Positions 29,272-38,471 of a stretch of 57,502 nt of DNA are shown here, one piece after another (the stretch's first letter is position 1; the number at the start of each line of letters is the position of its first letter). Under the pieces are notes generated by a model that had not been told where the DNA came from, did no database searches, and saw only the letters and a list, made by a program, of their open reading frames with translations. Source of the DNA: Candidatus Komeilibacteria bacterium (GTDB lineage Bacteria; Patescibacteriota; Patescibacteriia; UBA1558; 2-01-FULL-52-15); NCBI GenBank assembly GCA_043801745.1, contig JAZDLR010000025.1, positions 1 to 57,502 of the forward strand, given 5' to 3'. A program made the position numbers and the translations under genes.

Positions 29272-30066
29272 ATGAAGTTTATCTTAGGTACAAAATTACA
29301 GATGACCCAGAAGTTCCGTGAAGATGGGGCTGTGGTTCCTATGACCGCTATTCAAGCCGGTCCGGTTACTGTTACTCAAGTAAAGGGCGATAAGGATGGT
29401 TATGTGGCCGTTCAGGTGGGTTACGGTGTTAAGAAAAATTTGAGTAAATCAGTGACCGGTCATTTGAAGGATTTAGGTAAATTCCGTTGGCTGAAAGAAT
29501 TTCCGTCACAGGATAAAGTGGAGCGCGGTCAACAGATTGATGTTTCTACTTTTAATGTTGGCGATATTATTGAAGTTACTGCCTGGTCCAAGGGCAAGGG
29601 TTTTCAGGGCGTGGTCAAACGTCATCATTTTCATGGCTCACCTAAGACCCATGGTCATAAAGATCAGGTGCGTATGCCGGGTTCTATTGGCGCCGGTGAA
29701 CCGCAGCACGTTTTCAAAGGCAAGCGCATGGCCGGCCGCATGGGCAATGAACAGGTGACAGTCAAGCATTTAGAAGTCATGGACATTGATACGGCTAAGA
29801 ATATTTTATACGTCAAAGGAGCTGTCCCTGGTGCCCGCAATGGTTTGGTTATGGTTTCCGGCGAAGGTGAATTAAAGATTCGTCAGCCTCAGCCAAAGGC
29901 TGATGTTATTGTTGAAGCCAGCGTTGCGGAAACCGCAGTTGCTCCAGAAGTCGCAGCTGAGACAGTAGCAGAGCAGCCCGCTGCCGCGGTACAGCCTCTG
30001 GCCGTTGAAGTTAAAACCGAGTCTACCAGTGAAGAGCCTATCGAGCTCGGCTCGACTAAATCATAA
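29272..30066 (+). CDS. rplC: 50S ribosomal protein uL3 (acidic C-terminal extension)
   Basis: KGKGFQGVVKRH, MAGRMG. Confidence 0.99.
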   Translation: MKFILGTKLQMTQKFREDGAVVPMTAIQAGPVTVTQVKGDKDGYVAVQVGYGVKKNLSKSVTGHLKDLGKFRWLKEFPSQDKVERGQQIDVSTFNVGDIIEVTAWSKGKGFQGVVKRHHFHGSPKTHGHKDQVRMPGSIGAGEPQHVFKGKRMAGRMGNEQVTVKHLEVMDIDTAKNILYVKGAVPGARNGLVMVSGEGELKIRQPQPKADVIVEASVAETAVAPEVAAETVAEQPAAAVQPLAVEVKTESTSEEPIELGSTKS

Positions 30067-30068
30067 GT

Positions 30069-30713
30069 ATGGCCGATATTACAGCTAAAATTTATAATCT
30101 TTCGGGTAAAGAAGTTGGTGAGCAAATACTGCCAGCTGTCATTTTTGGCGTTAAAGTTAAGCCGGAATTAGTACAGCAAGCGGTAGTGGCACAGCAGGCC
30201 AATTCCCGTTCAGCTATTGCTCATACCAAGGGCCGCGGTGAAGTCCGTGGCGGTGGCCGTAAACCCTGGAAGCAGAAAGGCACCGGCCGGGCCCGTCATG
30301 GTTCTATCCGCTCACCTTTGTGGGTCGGTGGTGGTGTGACTTTTGGTCCGACTAATAAGCGTAATTTTTCATTGGCCCTGAATAAGAAAATGAAGAAGAA
30401 AGCCTTAGCTATGGTTTTAACTGATAAGGCCGCTCATGAGCGTTTAGTCCTGATTGATACCTTGGAAGTTCCGGAAGGCAAGACCAAGAATTTAAAAACC
30501 GGTTTATCGGCGTTGCCGTCTAAGGGCAAGAAAGTTTTGATTGTCACTGACGCTACTCATGATAAAGTTATCCGCGCTGCCCGCAATTTACCGCGCGTCG
30601 AGACCATTGCTGTTAACAGTTTAAATGTTGTTGATTTATTGAAAAACGAATGGTTGCTATTGCCGCAGGTTTTATTGGACCGATTAGTCATCCTTTACAG
30701 TCTCAAGAAATAA
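30069..30713 (+). CDS. rplD: 50S ribosomal protein uL4
   Basis: KPWKQKGTGRAR. Confidence 0.99.
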   Translation: MADITAKIYNLSGKEVGEQILPAVIFGVKVKPELVQQAVVAQQANSRSAIAHTKGRGEVRGGGRKPWKQKGTGRARHGSIRSPLWVGGGVTFGPTNKRNFSLALNKKMKKKALAMVLTDKAAHERLVLIDTLEVPEGKTKNLKTGLSALPSKGKKVLIVTDATHDKVIRAARNLPRVETIAVNSLNVVDLLKNEWLLLPQVLLDRLVILYSLKK

Positions 30714-30714
30714 T

Positions 30715-31119
30715 ATGAGTATTTTTGATAAATTAAAAAAGAAAGAGCCTAAGTCCGAAGTGCTGGCCCAATCGAAAGCTGAAATTAAAGCTGAAGCTCC
30801 TAAGAAGGCAGCTGTGGTTACGGGTCGTAAATTGACTGGTCAGACCGGCATTTTGCTGTCCCCGGTAATTTCGGAAAAAGCCGCTCATTTAGCCTCGGTT
30901 CATCAGTATGTTTTCCATGTTAATCTGCAGGCTAATAAGATTATGGTTAAACAAGCCGTTAAAGCGGTTTATAAGGTTGATCCAATGTCAGTTAATATCG
31001 TTCGGGTGCAAGGTAAGCACGTGCGCCGCGGTAAGACCATTGGTCAGCAGTCAGATTATAAGAAAGCTATTGTAACTTTGAAACCAGGTCAGACCATTGA
31101 GCTTTACGAAGGAGTGTAA
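30715..31119 (+). CDS. rplW: 50S ribosomal protein uL23 (N-terminal extension)
   Basis: PVISEKA, YKKAIVTL. Confidence 0.97.
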   Translation: MSIFDKLKKKEPKSEVLAQSKAEIKAEAPKKAAVVTGRKLTGQTGILLSPVISEKAAHLASVHQYVFHVNLQANKIMVKQAVKAVYKVDPMSVNIVRVQGKHVRRGKTIGQQSDYKKAIVTLKPGQTIELYEGV

Positions 31120-31120
31120 T

Positions 31121-31954
31121 ATGTCAATTAAATTATACCGCCCAACAACTTCAGCCCGCCGACATACTTCAATCATGAAGGATGCTTTGCTGACCAAGAA
31201 GCAACCGGAAAAGAGTTTGCTGATTTCGCGTAAAGAGAAGTCGGGACGTAATTTTAGCGGCAAGATTACCGTCCGTCACCGCGGTGGCGGAGCTAAGCAG
31301 TTTATCCGTATTATTGATTTCTTGCGTGATAAATTTGATATTCCGGCAATAGTTCAGGCTCTAGAGTATGATCCTAACCGCAATGTCCGTATTGCTTTGG
31401 TCAGCTATACTGATGGCACAAAACGTTACATCTTGTCGGGTGAAGATATGCGCGTTGGTGATCAGGTGTTGTCTTCACAGAAGCAGATTCCTATCCGTAA
31501 CGGTAACCGCATGCCTATAAAATTTATTCCGACCGGTACGCAAGTTTATGATATTGAATTAACTGTTGGCGGCGGCGGCAAAATGGCGCGGAGCGCCGGT
31601 AATGCCGCGACTATCATGGCCCTAGATGGTGGTTATGCCCAGCTAAAAATGCCTTCAGGAGAAATTCGTATGATTAGCCAGGATTGCTCGGCAACTTTAG
31701 GAGTTCCCAGTAATGCCGAATTTATCAATGTCCGCTGGGGTAAGGCTGGTCGTATGCGCCACCGTGGCATTAAACCGACTGTCCGTGGTAAGGTAATGAA
31801 CCCGGTTGACCATCCTCACGGCGGCGGCGAGGCCAAGAATTCTATTGGTTTGAAATATCCCAAGACCTATACCGGTAAGCACGCTTTGGGCGTCAGAACA
31901 CGCAAGAATAAAAAGTATTCTAATAGATTAATTGTTAAACGCAGAAGCAAATAA
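31121..31954 (+). CDS. rplB: 50S ribosomal protein uL2
   Basis: EYDPNR, MNPVDHPHGGGE. Confidence 0.99.
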   Translation: MSIKLYRPTTSARRHTSIMKDALLTKKQPEKSLLISRKEKSGRNFSGKITVRHRGGGAKQFIRIIDFLRDKFDIPAIVQALEYDPNRNVRIALVSYTDGTKRYILSGEDMRVGDQVLSSQKQIPIRNGNRMPIKFIPTGTQVYDIELTVGGGGKMARSAGNAATIMALDGGYAQLKMPSGEIRMISQDCSATLGVPSNAEFINVRWGKAGRMRHRGIKPTVRGKVMNPVDHPHGGGEAKNSIGLKYPKTYTGKHALGVRTRKNKKYSNRLIVKRRSK

Positions 31955-32045
31955 AGAAGTATGAAGCAAGAAGAAAGGAGAAAGGGTTAAGATAGATTTG
32001 CAGGCATTCCCCTTACTTCTTTCTCCTCACTCCTTACTCCTAACT
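31955..32045. repeat. Heptamer-periodic purine/pyrimidine inverted repeat
   Basis: AGAAGTA/AGAAGAA arm versus CTTACTT/CTCACTC/CTTACTC arm; related to 33560-33633. Confidence 0.65.
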
Positions 32046-32053
32046 AAAAAAAT

Positions 32054-32374
32054 ATGGCACGAAGTTTAAAAAAAGGACCTTACGTTGACGAGCGGCTGCT
32101 AGCCAAGCTGGCTAAGGTTAAATCTGGGTCCAAAGAAATTATTAATACTTGGGCGCGCAATTGCACCATTACTCCTGAGATGGTAGGGTACACTTTTGGT
32201 GTCCATAATGGTAAGAAGCATTTACCGGTTTTAGTGGTAGAAAATATGGTCGGACACCATTTGGGAGAGTTTTCCCCGACCAGAAAGTTTATCAGTCATG
32301 GCGGTAAAATGGCGAAAGCACAAGCTACTGAAACACCAGCAGCCCCGACTGCAGCGCCGGCTACTAAAAAATAA
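32054..32374 (+). CDS. rpsS: 30S ribosomal protein uS19
   Basis: RSLKKGP, VHNGK, GHHLGEF. Confidence 0.99.
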   Translation: MARSLKKGPYVDERLLAKLAKVKSGSKEIINTWARNCTITPEMVGYTFGVHNGKKHLPVLVVENMVGHHLGEFSPTRKFISHGGKMAKAQATETPAAPTAAPATKK

Positions 32375-32377
32375 TTT

Positions 32378-32851
32378 ATGATTGAAGTACGAGCACATCT
32401 CAAACACGCCCGCATCTCTTCCCGCAAGATGAGATTAGTGGCGGATATGATTCGTGGCCTACCGGCCGGCGAAGCTGTTCGTCGTTTACAGCTGGTTAAT
32501 AAGCGGGCCGCTCCTTTAGTGTTGACTACTTTGAAATCAGCTATGGCTAATGCCGCTAATAACGCCAATCTTCAGCCGGATACCATGATTATCAAGAAGA
32601 TTGTAGTCAATCAGGGAGTGGCTTTGAAACGTTTCCGTCCAGCTGCCATGGGTGCGGCTCATCAATACAAGAAACACGGATCTCATTTAGAAATTGTTTT
32701 AACCGCTGCAATAGCTCCTCAAGAATCTTCAAAAAAAGTTGCTGAGCCAGCGAAAGAAGCTACAGTTAAGACAAAGCCCGTTGCCAAAAAGGTAGTTAAA
32801 GCTGCCGCCGGCGTTAAGAAAGCCTCCAGCCAGGCTGGACAAGTAAAATAA
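32378..32851 (+). CDS. rplV: 50S ribosomal protein uL22 (Lys/Ala-rich tail)
   Basis: RISSRKMRLVADMIRG, LKSAMANA. Confidence 0.98.
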   Translation: MIEVRAHLKHARISSRKMRLVADMIRGLPAGEAVRRLQLVNKRAAPLVLTTLKSAMANAANNANLQPDTMIIKKIVVNQGVALKRFRPAAMGAAHQYKKHGSHLEIVLTAAIAPQESSKKVAEPAKEATVKTKPVAKKVVKAAAGVKKASSQAGQVK

Positions 32852-32852
32852 T

Positions 32853-33536
32853 ATGGGACAGAAAGTAAATCCAACAGCATTTCGGTTAGGCTTGAGCGAG
32901 AATTGGACTTCGCAATGGTTTAACAAAAAAGATTATGCTCATTTATTAGAGCAGGATATTAGAATCCGCAAGTTTTTAAAAACCAAGGTTAAAGATGCCG
33001 GTATTGACCGCGTTGACATTGAACGTTCCCGTAATGACATTACAATTATTTTGACAGTAGCTAAGCCTGGTTTAGTTATCGGCCGTGGCGGCACCGGTAT
33101 TGAGGAATTGAAAAAAACGCTAGCGGCCAAGTTTATTCCCAGCAAGGGCAATTTAAAAGTGAATATTCAGGAAGTAGAGAAGCCCAATCTATCGGCTGGC
33201 GCCGTTTTACAGCTAATGATTGCTGATATTGAGAAGCGTATTCCTTTCCGCCGTGTTATGAAGCAGACGATTGATAAAGTGATGAAATCCGGAGCTGAAG
33301 GCGTTAAGGTCATGGTCAGTGGCCGTCTCAACGGAGCTGAAATTGCCCGCCGCGAGACCTTGACTCAAGGTAGTATTCCTTTGCACACCTTACGCGCTAA
33401 TATTGCTTATGCCCGCGGTGCTGCTCACACTACTTACGGACAGATTGGCTTGAAGATTTGGATTTTTAAAGGTCTGCAGTTTACGGCCAAAGAACAAGCC
33501 AAGAAGGCCAATAGAAAGCCGGAAGTTAAAAAATAA
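32853..33536 (+). CDS. rpsC: 30S ribosomal protein uS3
   Basis: MGQKVNP, GRLNGAEIAR. Confidence 0.99.
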   Translation: MGQKVNPTAFRLGLSENWTSQWFNKKDYAHLLEQDIRIRKFLKTKVKDAGIDRVDIERSRNDITIILTVAKPGLVIGRGGTGIEELKKTLAAKFIPSKGNLKVNIQEVEKPNLSAGAVLQLMIADIEKRIPFRRVMKQTIDKVMKSGAEGVKVMVSGRLNGAEIARRETLTQGSIPLHTLRANIAYARGAAHTTYGQIGLKIWIFKGLQFTAKEQAKKANRKPEVKK

Positions 33537-33634
33537 TCAATTGAAACTAGAATAATTAACAGAAGTTAGAAGCAAGAAGTAAGAAGAAGGGGAGACCCTT
33601 ACTCCTAACTTCTCCCTCCTAATCCCTAATTCCT

Positions 33635-34042
33635 ATGTTAGCCCCCAAGAAAAGTAAATACCGCAAGTCAATGCGTGGCGACCAGATTAAGGGTCGTGCC
33701 ACTCGTATTACTGCCATTAGTTTTGGTCAGTTTGGCTTAAAGTCTATGGATGCTGCTTGGGTGACTTCCCGTCAGATTGAAGCGGCCCGCCGGGTCATGG
33801 CTAACTATACCAAGCGCGGCGGTAATATCTGGATCCGCGTTTTCCCGGATAAGCCCATTACCATGAAGGGCAATGAAATGCCGATGGGTAAAGGTAAGGG
33901 AGCGGTAGATCATTATGTGGCCATTGTTAAGCCTGGGACTATGTTGTTTGAGATGGCTGGAGTGCCAGAAACTGTCGCTCGTGAAGCTATGATTTTAGCC
34001 GGTCACAAATTGCCGGTCAAAGTTAAGTTTTTAGTAAAATAA
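33635..34042 (+). CDS. rplP: 50S ribosomal protein uL16
   Basis: [21 protein letters not shown]. Confidence 0.99.
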   Translation: MLAPKKSKYRKSMRGDQIKGRATRITAISFGQFGLKSMDAAWVTSRQIEAARRVMANYTKRGGNIWIRVFPDKPITMKGNEMPMGKGKGAVDHYVAIVKPGTMLFEMAGVPETVAREAMILAGHKLPVKVKFLVK

Positions 34043-34043
34043 T

Positions 34044-34235
34044 ATGAAGTTTTCCGAACTAAAAAGTTTAGAAGTCGCCAAACTGCAGGAGTTGTTGGCT
34101 GAATCGCGGCAGAAGTTGCAGGATTTGCGTTTTGGCGTGGCTAATAATCAGGTCAAACAGGTACGTCAGCTACGTGAGGTCCGTAGTAAAATAGCCCAGA
34201 TATTAACTTTAATCAAGCAACGACAGACGAAATAA
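34044..34235 (+). CDS. rpmC: 50S ribosomal protein uL29
   Basis: 63 aa, synteny, IAQILT. Confidence 0.95.
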   Translation: MKFSELKSLEVAKLQELLAESRQKLQDLRFGVANNQVKQVRQLREVRSKIAQILTLIKQRQTK

Positions 34236-34236
34236 T

Positions 34237-34503
34237 ATGACTAAGTCAACCACATCAGTAGAGAAGGTTATTAACCGCCGCCGGTTCGAAGGAATCGTCA
34301 CTAGTACGGCTATGGCTAAAACTATTGTGGTGGAAGTTTCCCGCGTCACCTGGCATCCGAAGTATAAGAAACAGTATAAGACAGCTAAAAAGTTTAAAGC
34401 CCATGATATTGTCGGTGGTTTCCAGGTTGGTGATAAAGTATTGATTGAAGAGTGCCGTCCGATTTCCAAGGATAAGAAATGGCGAGTAATAAAAAAAGTT
34501 TAA
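34237..34503 (+). CDS. rpsQ: 30S ribosomal protein uS17
   Basis: HPKYKK, ECRPISKDKKW. Confidence 0.98.
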   Translation: MTKSTTSVEKVINRRRFEGIVTSTAMAKTIVVEVSRVTWHPKYKKQYKTAKKFKAHDIVGGFQVGDKVLIEECRPISKDKKWRVIKKV

Positions 34504-34533
34504 AATTTAAAGTTGAAAGTTTAAAATTATAGT

Positions 34534-34905
34534 ATGATCCAACCCCGTAGCATGGTAAAAGTAGCCGATAATTCTGGAGCCAAATTGGTCCAGTGTATTA
34601 AAGTACTCGGAGGTTACAAGAAGCGTTACGCCATTATCGGTGATATTGTTACGGTTGCGGTTAAAGTGGCACAACCTCATGCTCAGGTTAAAAAGGGCGA
34701 AGTTCATTGGGCTGTGGTCGTGCGCCAGCGTAAAGAATTACGCCGCAAGGACGGTACCTACATCCGTTTTGATGAAAATGCCGTTGTCTTGATTGACAAG
34801 AAAAACCGGGAACCGATTGGTAGCCGCATCTTTGGTCCGGTGGCGCGTGAATTACGTGCCCGCGGTTATGTCAAAATTAATTCCTTAGCTCCTGAAGTTC
34901 TATAA
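34534..34905 (+). CDS. rplN: 50S ribosomal protein uL14
   Basis: [15 protein letters not shown]. Confidence 0.99.
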   Translation: MIQPRSMVKVADNSGAKLVQCIKVLGGYKKRYAIIGDIVTVAVKVAQPHAQVKKGEVHWAVVVRQRKELRRKDGTYIRFDENAVVLIDKKNREPIGSRIFGPVARELRARGYVKINSLAPEVL

Positions 34906-34906
34906 T

Positions 34907-35182
34907 ATGTCCAAGATTCGTTTAAAAACTAATGATCAGGTTTTGGTCTTATCCGGTAAAGATAAAGGTAAGAAAGGTAAAATCTTACAGGTCTTGCGCC
35001 AGGATGATTTAGTTGTGGTGGAAGGAGTTAATACTATGTATAAATATATGCGCCGGCAGCGAAAGAATGAAACTGGGCAGCGGATAGAATTTTTTGGTCC
35101 GATTCACGTCAGTAAAGTTAAGAAATTAGCCAGCGAGGCGACGATTAAGCCGGTCACGGAAACTGCGCCTGATAAAAAATAA
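34907..35182 (+). CDS. rplX: 50S ribosomal protein uL24
   Basis: SGKDKGKKG KOW motif, VEGVN. Confidence 0.97.
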   Translation: MSKIRLKTNDQVLVLSGKDKGKKGKILQVLRQDDLVVVEGVNTMYKYMRRQRKNETGQRIEFFGPIHVSKVKKLASEATIKPVTETAPDKK

Positions 35183-35727
35183 TGATTATGAATTTGCGCG
35201 AAAAATACCAGAAACAAGTTATTAAGAGTCTGCAGACCAGCCTCGGTGTTAATAATGTGCACGCCGTACCCAAGGTTGAGAAGGTGGTTTTGAATGTCGG
35301 TTTGAGTAAATCCTTATCGGACCGCACTTTTACTGATATTGCCGTCAGCACGTTACAGCGCATTACTGGTCAGAAGCCGGTGTTAACTAAAGCTAAGAAA
35401 TCGATTTCTAATTTTAAGATCCGTGAAGGCATGGTGGTAGGAGCGATGGTGACTTTGCGCGGTCAGAAGATGTACGATTTTTTGGAAAAAATGATCAATA
35501 TTACCTTTCCCCGAATCCGTGACTTTCATGGTTTGGATCCGAAGAAAGGCTTTGATGGTCATGGCAATTTTGGTATCGGTTTCCGCGAACATATTGTATT
35601 TCCGGAAATTAAATCCGATGAAATCGAAAAATTGCATGGTCTGGAAGTGGCAGTACGCACTACTGCTAAGAATAACAACGAATGCTTAATGCTTTTGCGA
35701 GCTTTGGGCTTTCCTTTTAAGAAATAA
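35182..35727 (+). CDS. rplE: 50S ribosomal protein uL5
   Basis: [14 protein letters not shown]. Confidence 0.99.
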   Translation: MIMNLREKYQKQVIKSLQTSLGVNNVHAVPKVEKVVLNVGLSKSLSDRTFTDIAVSTLQRITGQKPVLTKAKKSISNFKIREGMVVGAMVTLRGQKMYDFLEKMINITFPRIRDFHGLDPKKGFDGHGNFGIGFREHIVFPEIKSDEIEKLHGLEVAVRTTAKNNNECLMLLRALGFPFKK

Positions 35728-35729
35728 AT

Positions 35730-35924
35730 ATGGCAACAGAAGCACAAATCGCCAAATCAACCCGCTCGTTAACTAAGCCGAAATATTCTACTCGTGTGGT
35801 GCGGCGTTGTTGGCGTTGTGGCAAGAAATCGGCTTACATGCGTAAGTTTCGTTTGTGCCGTATTTGTTTCCGCGAATTAGCTAATAAAGGTGATATTCCG
35901 GGCGTACGGAAATCAAGCTGGTAA
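35730..35924 (+). CDS. rpsN: 30S ribosomal protein uS14, type Z (Zn-binding)
   Basis: CWRC...CRICFRE, KSSW. Confidence 0.98.
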   Translation: MATEAQIAKSTRSLTKPKYSTRVVRRCWRCGKKSAYMRKFRLCRICFRELANKGDIPGVRKSSW

Positions 35925-35980
35925 TGACTAATTAATTGAATAATAGATTAATTGAATAATTGAATTCTCTCCCAACTTCT

Positions 35981-36397
35981 ATGATGACCGATCCTATAGC
36001 AGATTTATTAACACGAATTCGTAACGCTTCTGCCGTTAAAAAGGCTGAGGTGGTGTTGCCGTATTCCCGTTTACGGCATGAAGTGGCCAAAGTATTGGAA
36101 AACGAGAAATATGTTTTGCGTACCGAGAAAATTCCGGCGGTTAAACCCGGCGAAGATGGCCCTCGCTACGATCAGCTGCGGATTGTGATGCGCTACCGTA
36201 GCAATGGCAGTCCGGTTATCCGACACATTAAACGCGTTAGTCGTCCCAGCCGTAAAACGTACGTCACAGTCGATAAGATCCCGACGGTTCTGAATGGTTT
36301 GGGTTTAGCTGTGCTGTCAACTTCTAAGGGTCTATTGACAAATATTGAAGCTCGAAAAGCTAAAATCGGTGGAGAATTAATGTTTGAAATTTGGTAA
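35981..36397 (+). CDS. rpsH: 30S ribosomal protein uS8
   Basis: DPIADLLTRIRNA, STSKG. Confidence 0.99.
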   Translation: MMTDPIADLLTRIRNASAVKKAEVVLPYSRLRHEVAKVLENEKYVLRTEKIPAVKPGEDGPRYDQLRIVMRYRSNGSPVIRHIKRVSRPSRKTYVTVDKIPTVLNGLGLAVLSTSKGLLTNIEARKAKIGGELMFEIW

Positions 36398-36401
36398 TTA
36401 T

Positions 36402-36947
36402 ATGTCACGAATTGGTAAAAAAAATATTACTTTACCGGCTAATGTCCAAGTGGCGATTAATGGTCAGGACGTTACGGTTACAGGTCCCAAAGGAACCTTA
36501 TCTTTAGTTATGCCGCCGATTACCACCTTGGCGCAGAAGGGACAGGAATTAACCGTTGCTATTGCTGATGAAACCAGCAAAGATCAGCGTGCCCTTTGGG
36601 GTTTGGCCCGTTCGCTGGTGAATAATCTGGTGCTGGGAGTAACTGAAGGTTTTAAAATTCAATTAGAAATTAACGGTATTGGTTTCAAGGCTGCTATGCA
36701 GGGCAAGGACTTGCTCTTGAACGTCGGTTTTTCTCATCCGGTTGTCTATAAAGCTAAAGAAGGTATTACTTTCAGCGTCGAGAAAAATGTTATTTCCATT
36801 GAAGGCATTGATAAACAGTTGGTGGGACAAACAGCCGCGGAAATTCGCCGCATCAAGAAACCTGAACCCTACAAAGGAAAGGGTATCAAGTACCTGGATG
36901 AAACCATCCGCCGTAAAGCCGGTAAGGTGGTTAAAGCTGGCGGTTAA
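36402..36947 (+). CDS. rplF: 50S ribosomal protein uL6
   Basis: MSRIGK, PEPYKGKGI. Confidence 0.99.
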   Translation: MSRIGKKNITLPANVQVAINGQDVTVTGPKGTLSLVMPPITTLAQKGQELTVAIADETSKDQRALWGLARSLVNNLVLGVTEGFKIQLEINGIGFKAAMQGKDLLLNVGFSHPVVYKAKEGITFSVEKNVISIEGIDKQLVGQTAAEIRRIKKPEPYKGKGIKYLDETIRRKAGKVVKAGG

Positions 36948-36996
36948 TTAAGCTTGTAGCTAGTAGCTTGTAGCTGGTAGCTTAGAGAATAAATTT

Positions 36997-37350
36997 ATGA
37001 AAGATAAGCAAATTATCAAGAAAACTATTGCCCAGCGCCGGGCTCGCCGCACGCGTGCTAAGGTAGCTGTTAGTGGACGCCCTCGTCTGTCGGTTTTTCG
37101 CAGTCTTAAACATTTATACGCTCAGATTATTGATAAAGATGGTCAGGTGTTGGTTGCTGCCCGTAGTCAGGAGATTAAGGATAAAGTGCTTAAAGGAGTG
37201 GCTCTGGCCGGAGCAGTGGGCGAATTGATTGCTGTCAAAGCTAAGGCTAAGAAGATCGAGATTGTTGTTTTTGATAAAGGTAAATTTAAATATCACGGGC
37301 AAGTAAAAGCCGTAGCTGACGGTGCCCGTAAGGAAGGATTACAATTTTAA
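36997..37350 (+). CDS. rplR: 50S ribosomal protein uL18
   Basis: RPRLSVFRS, YHGQVKA. Confidence 0.98.
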   Translation: MKDKQIIKKTIAQRRARRTRAKVAVSGRPRLSVFRSLKHLYAQIIDKDGQVLVAARSQEIKDKVLKGVALAGAVGELIAVKAKAKKIEIVVFDKGKFKYHGQVKAVADGARKEGLQF

Positions 37351-37351
37351 T

Positions 37352-37963
37352 ATGGAAGCACAAGCACAACAACCAATGAGATCCGGCGGACCGGAGCGTG
37401 GTCAGCGTCCGGGTATGCGCCGTGGCCCGTCGCGTGGCGGCCGTGGTCAGCGTCCGGAGCGTGAACGTGACGAGTTTGATCAGAAAATGATTGACTTGGC
37501 CCGGGTTACCCGTGTCATGGCCGGCGGCAAGCGTATGCGTTTCCGTGCCTGTATTGTGGTTGGTGACCGCAAAGGTAAATTGGGCTGGGCTTTGGCTAAA
37601 GGCAGCGATGTGTCTCTGGCTATTAATAAAGCAGTAACCAAGGCCAAGAAGCATTTAATTACGGTCCGTAGCGTCAAAGGCACTATTCCTCATTCCTTGG
37701 AAGTTAAATATAAGGCTGCCCGGATTCTCTTTAAACCGGCTAAGCTAGGTACCGGTATCAAAGCTGGTGGTGCTGTACGGCAAGTGTTAGAATTATCTGG
37801 TATTGAGAATGTCTCGGCCAAGATCATTGGTTCCAGCAATAAGATCAATAATGTTCACGCCACCTTTAAGGCTTTGAGTAGTTTAAAATATGGTCAGCTG
37901 GATGAAGCGACTGAAAGCGCCAAGCGTGAAGCTAGAGAGCGGACTAAATCAGAAAAGAAATAA
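37352..37963 (+). CDS. rpsE: 30S ribosomal protein uS5
   Basis: RVTRVMAGGKR, GTGIKAGG; RG-rich N-terminus. Confidence 0.99.
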   Translation: MEAQAQQPMRSGGPERGQRPGMRRGPSRGGRGQRPERERDEFDQKMIDLARVTRVMAGGKRMRFRACIVVGDRKGKLGWALAKGSDVSLAINKAVTKAKKHLITVRSVKGTIPHSLEVKYKAARILFKPAKLGTGIKAGGAVRQVLELSGIENVSAKIIGSSNKINNVHATFKALSSLKYGQLDEATESAKREARERTKSEKK

Positions 37964-37965
37964 TT

Positions 37966-38463
37966 ATGTTGGGTTTACACACATTAAAGAAACATCCGCA
38001 TTCAACGCATCGTAAGAAGCGTCTGGGTCGCGGTAATGCTAGTGGTCACGGCAGCTATTCAACCCGCGGTCAGAAAGGACAACGTTCTCGTTCCGGCGGT
38101 AAGGGCGGTCTGAAGTTGAAAGGTATCCGTGGTTATTTATTACGTATTCCGAAAACACGTGGTTTTAAATCTTCAGCCTTGCGTCCAGTAGCGATTTCTT
38201 TGAATCAATTAGTTGCTGCCTTTGAGGCTAAAGAAGTGATTACTATCAAGAAATTAATTGACCGCGGTTTTATTTCTGGCGCTTCCCGCGTTCCGATTAA
38301 GATTATTGGTAATACTCCTATTGTTAAAGTTTTGACCGTTAAAACTCATTTCATTACTCCGGCAGCTAAAGCAGCTATTGAAGCAGCTGGTGGTTCAGTA
38401 GAAATATTAGTCTGGAAGCAGGCTAAGCCAGCCGCTAAAGAAGCGGTTGTTAATCAACAATAA
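37966..38463 (+). CDS. rplO: 50S ribosomal protein uL15
   Basis: RLGRG.SG.G...RGQKGQRSRSG. Confidence 0.98.
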   Translation: MLGLHTLKKHPHSTHRKKRLGRGNASGHGSYSTRGQKGQRSRSGGKGGLKLKGIRGYLLRIPKTRGFKSSALRPVAISLNQLVAAFEAKEVITIKKLIDRGFISGASRVPIKIIGNTPIVKVLTVKTHFITPAAKAAIEAAGGSVEILVWKQAKPAAKEAVVNQQ

Positions 38464-38471
38464 ATCAACCT

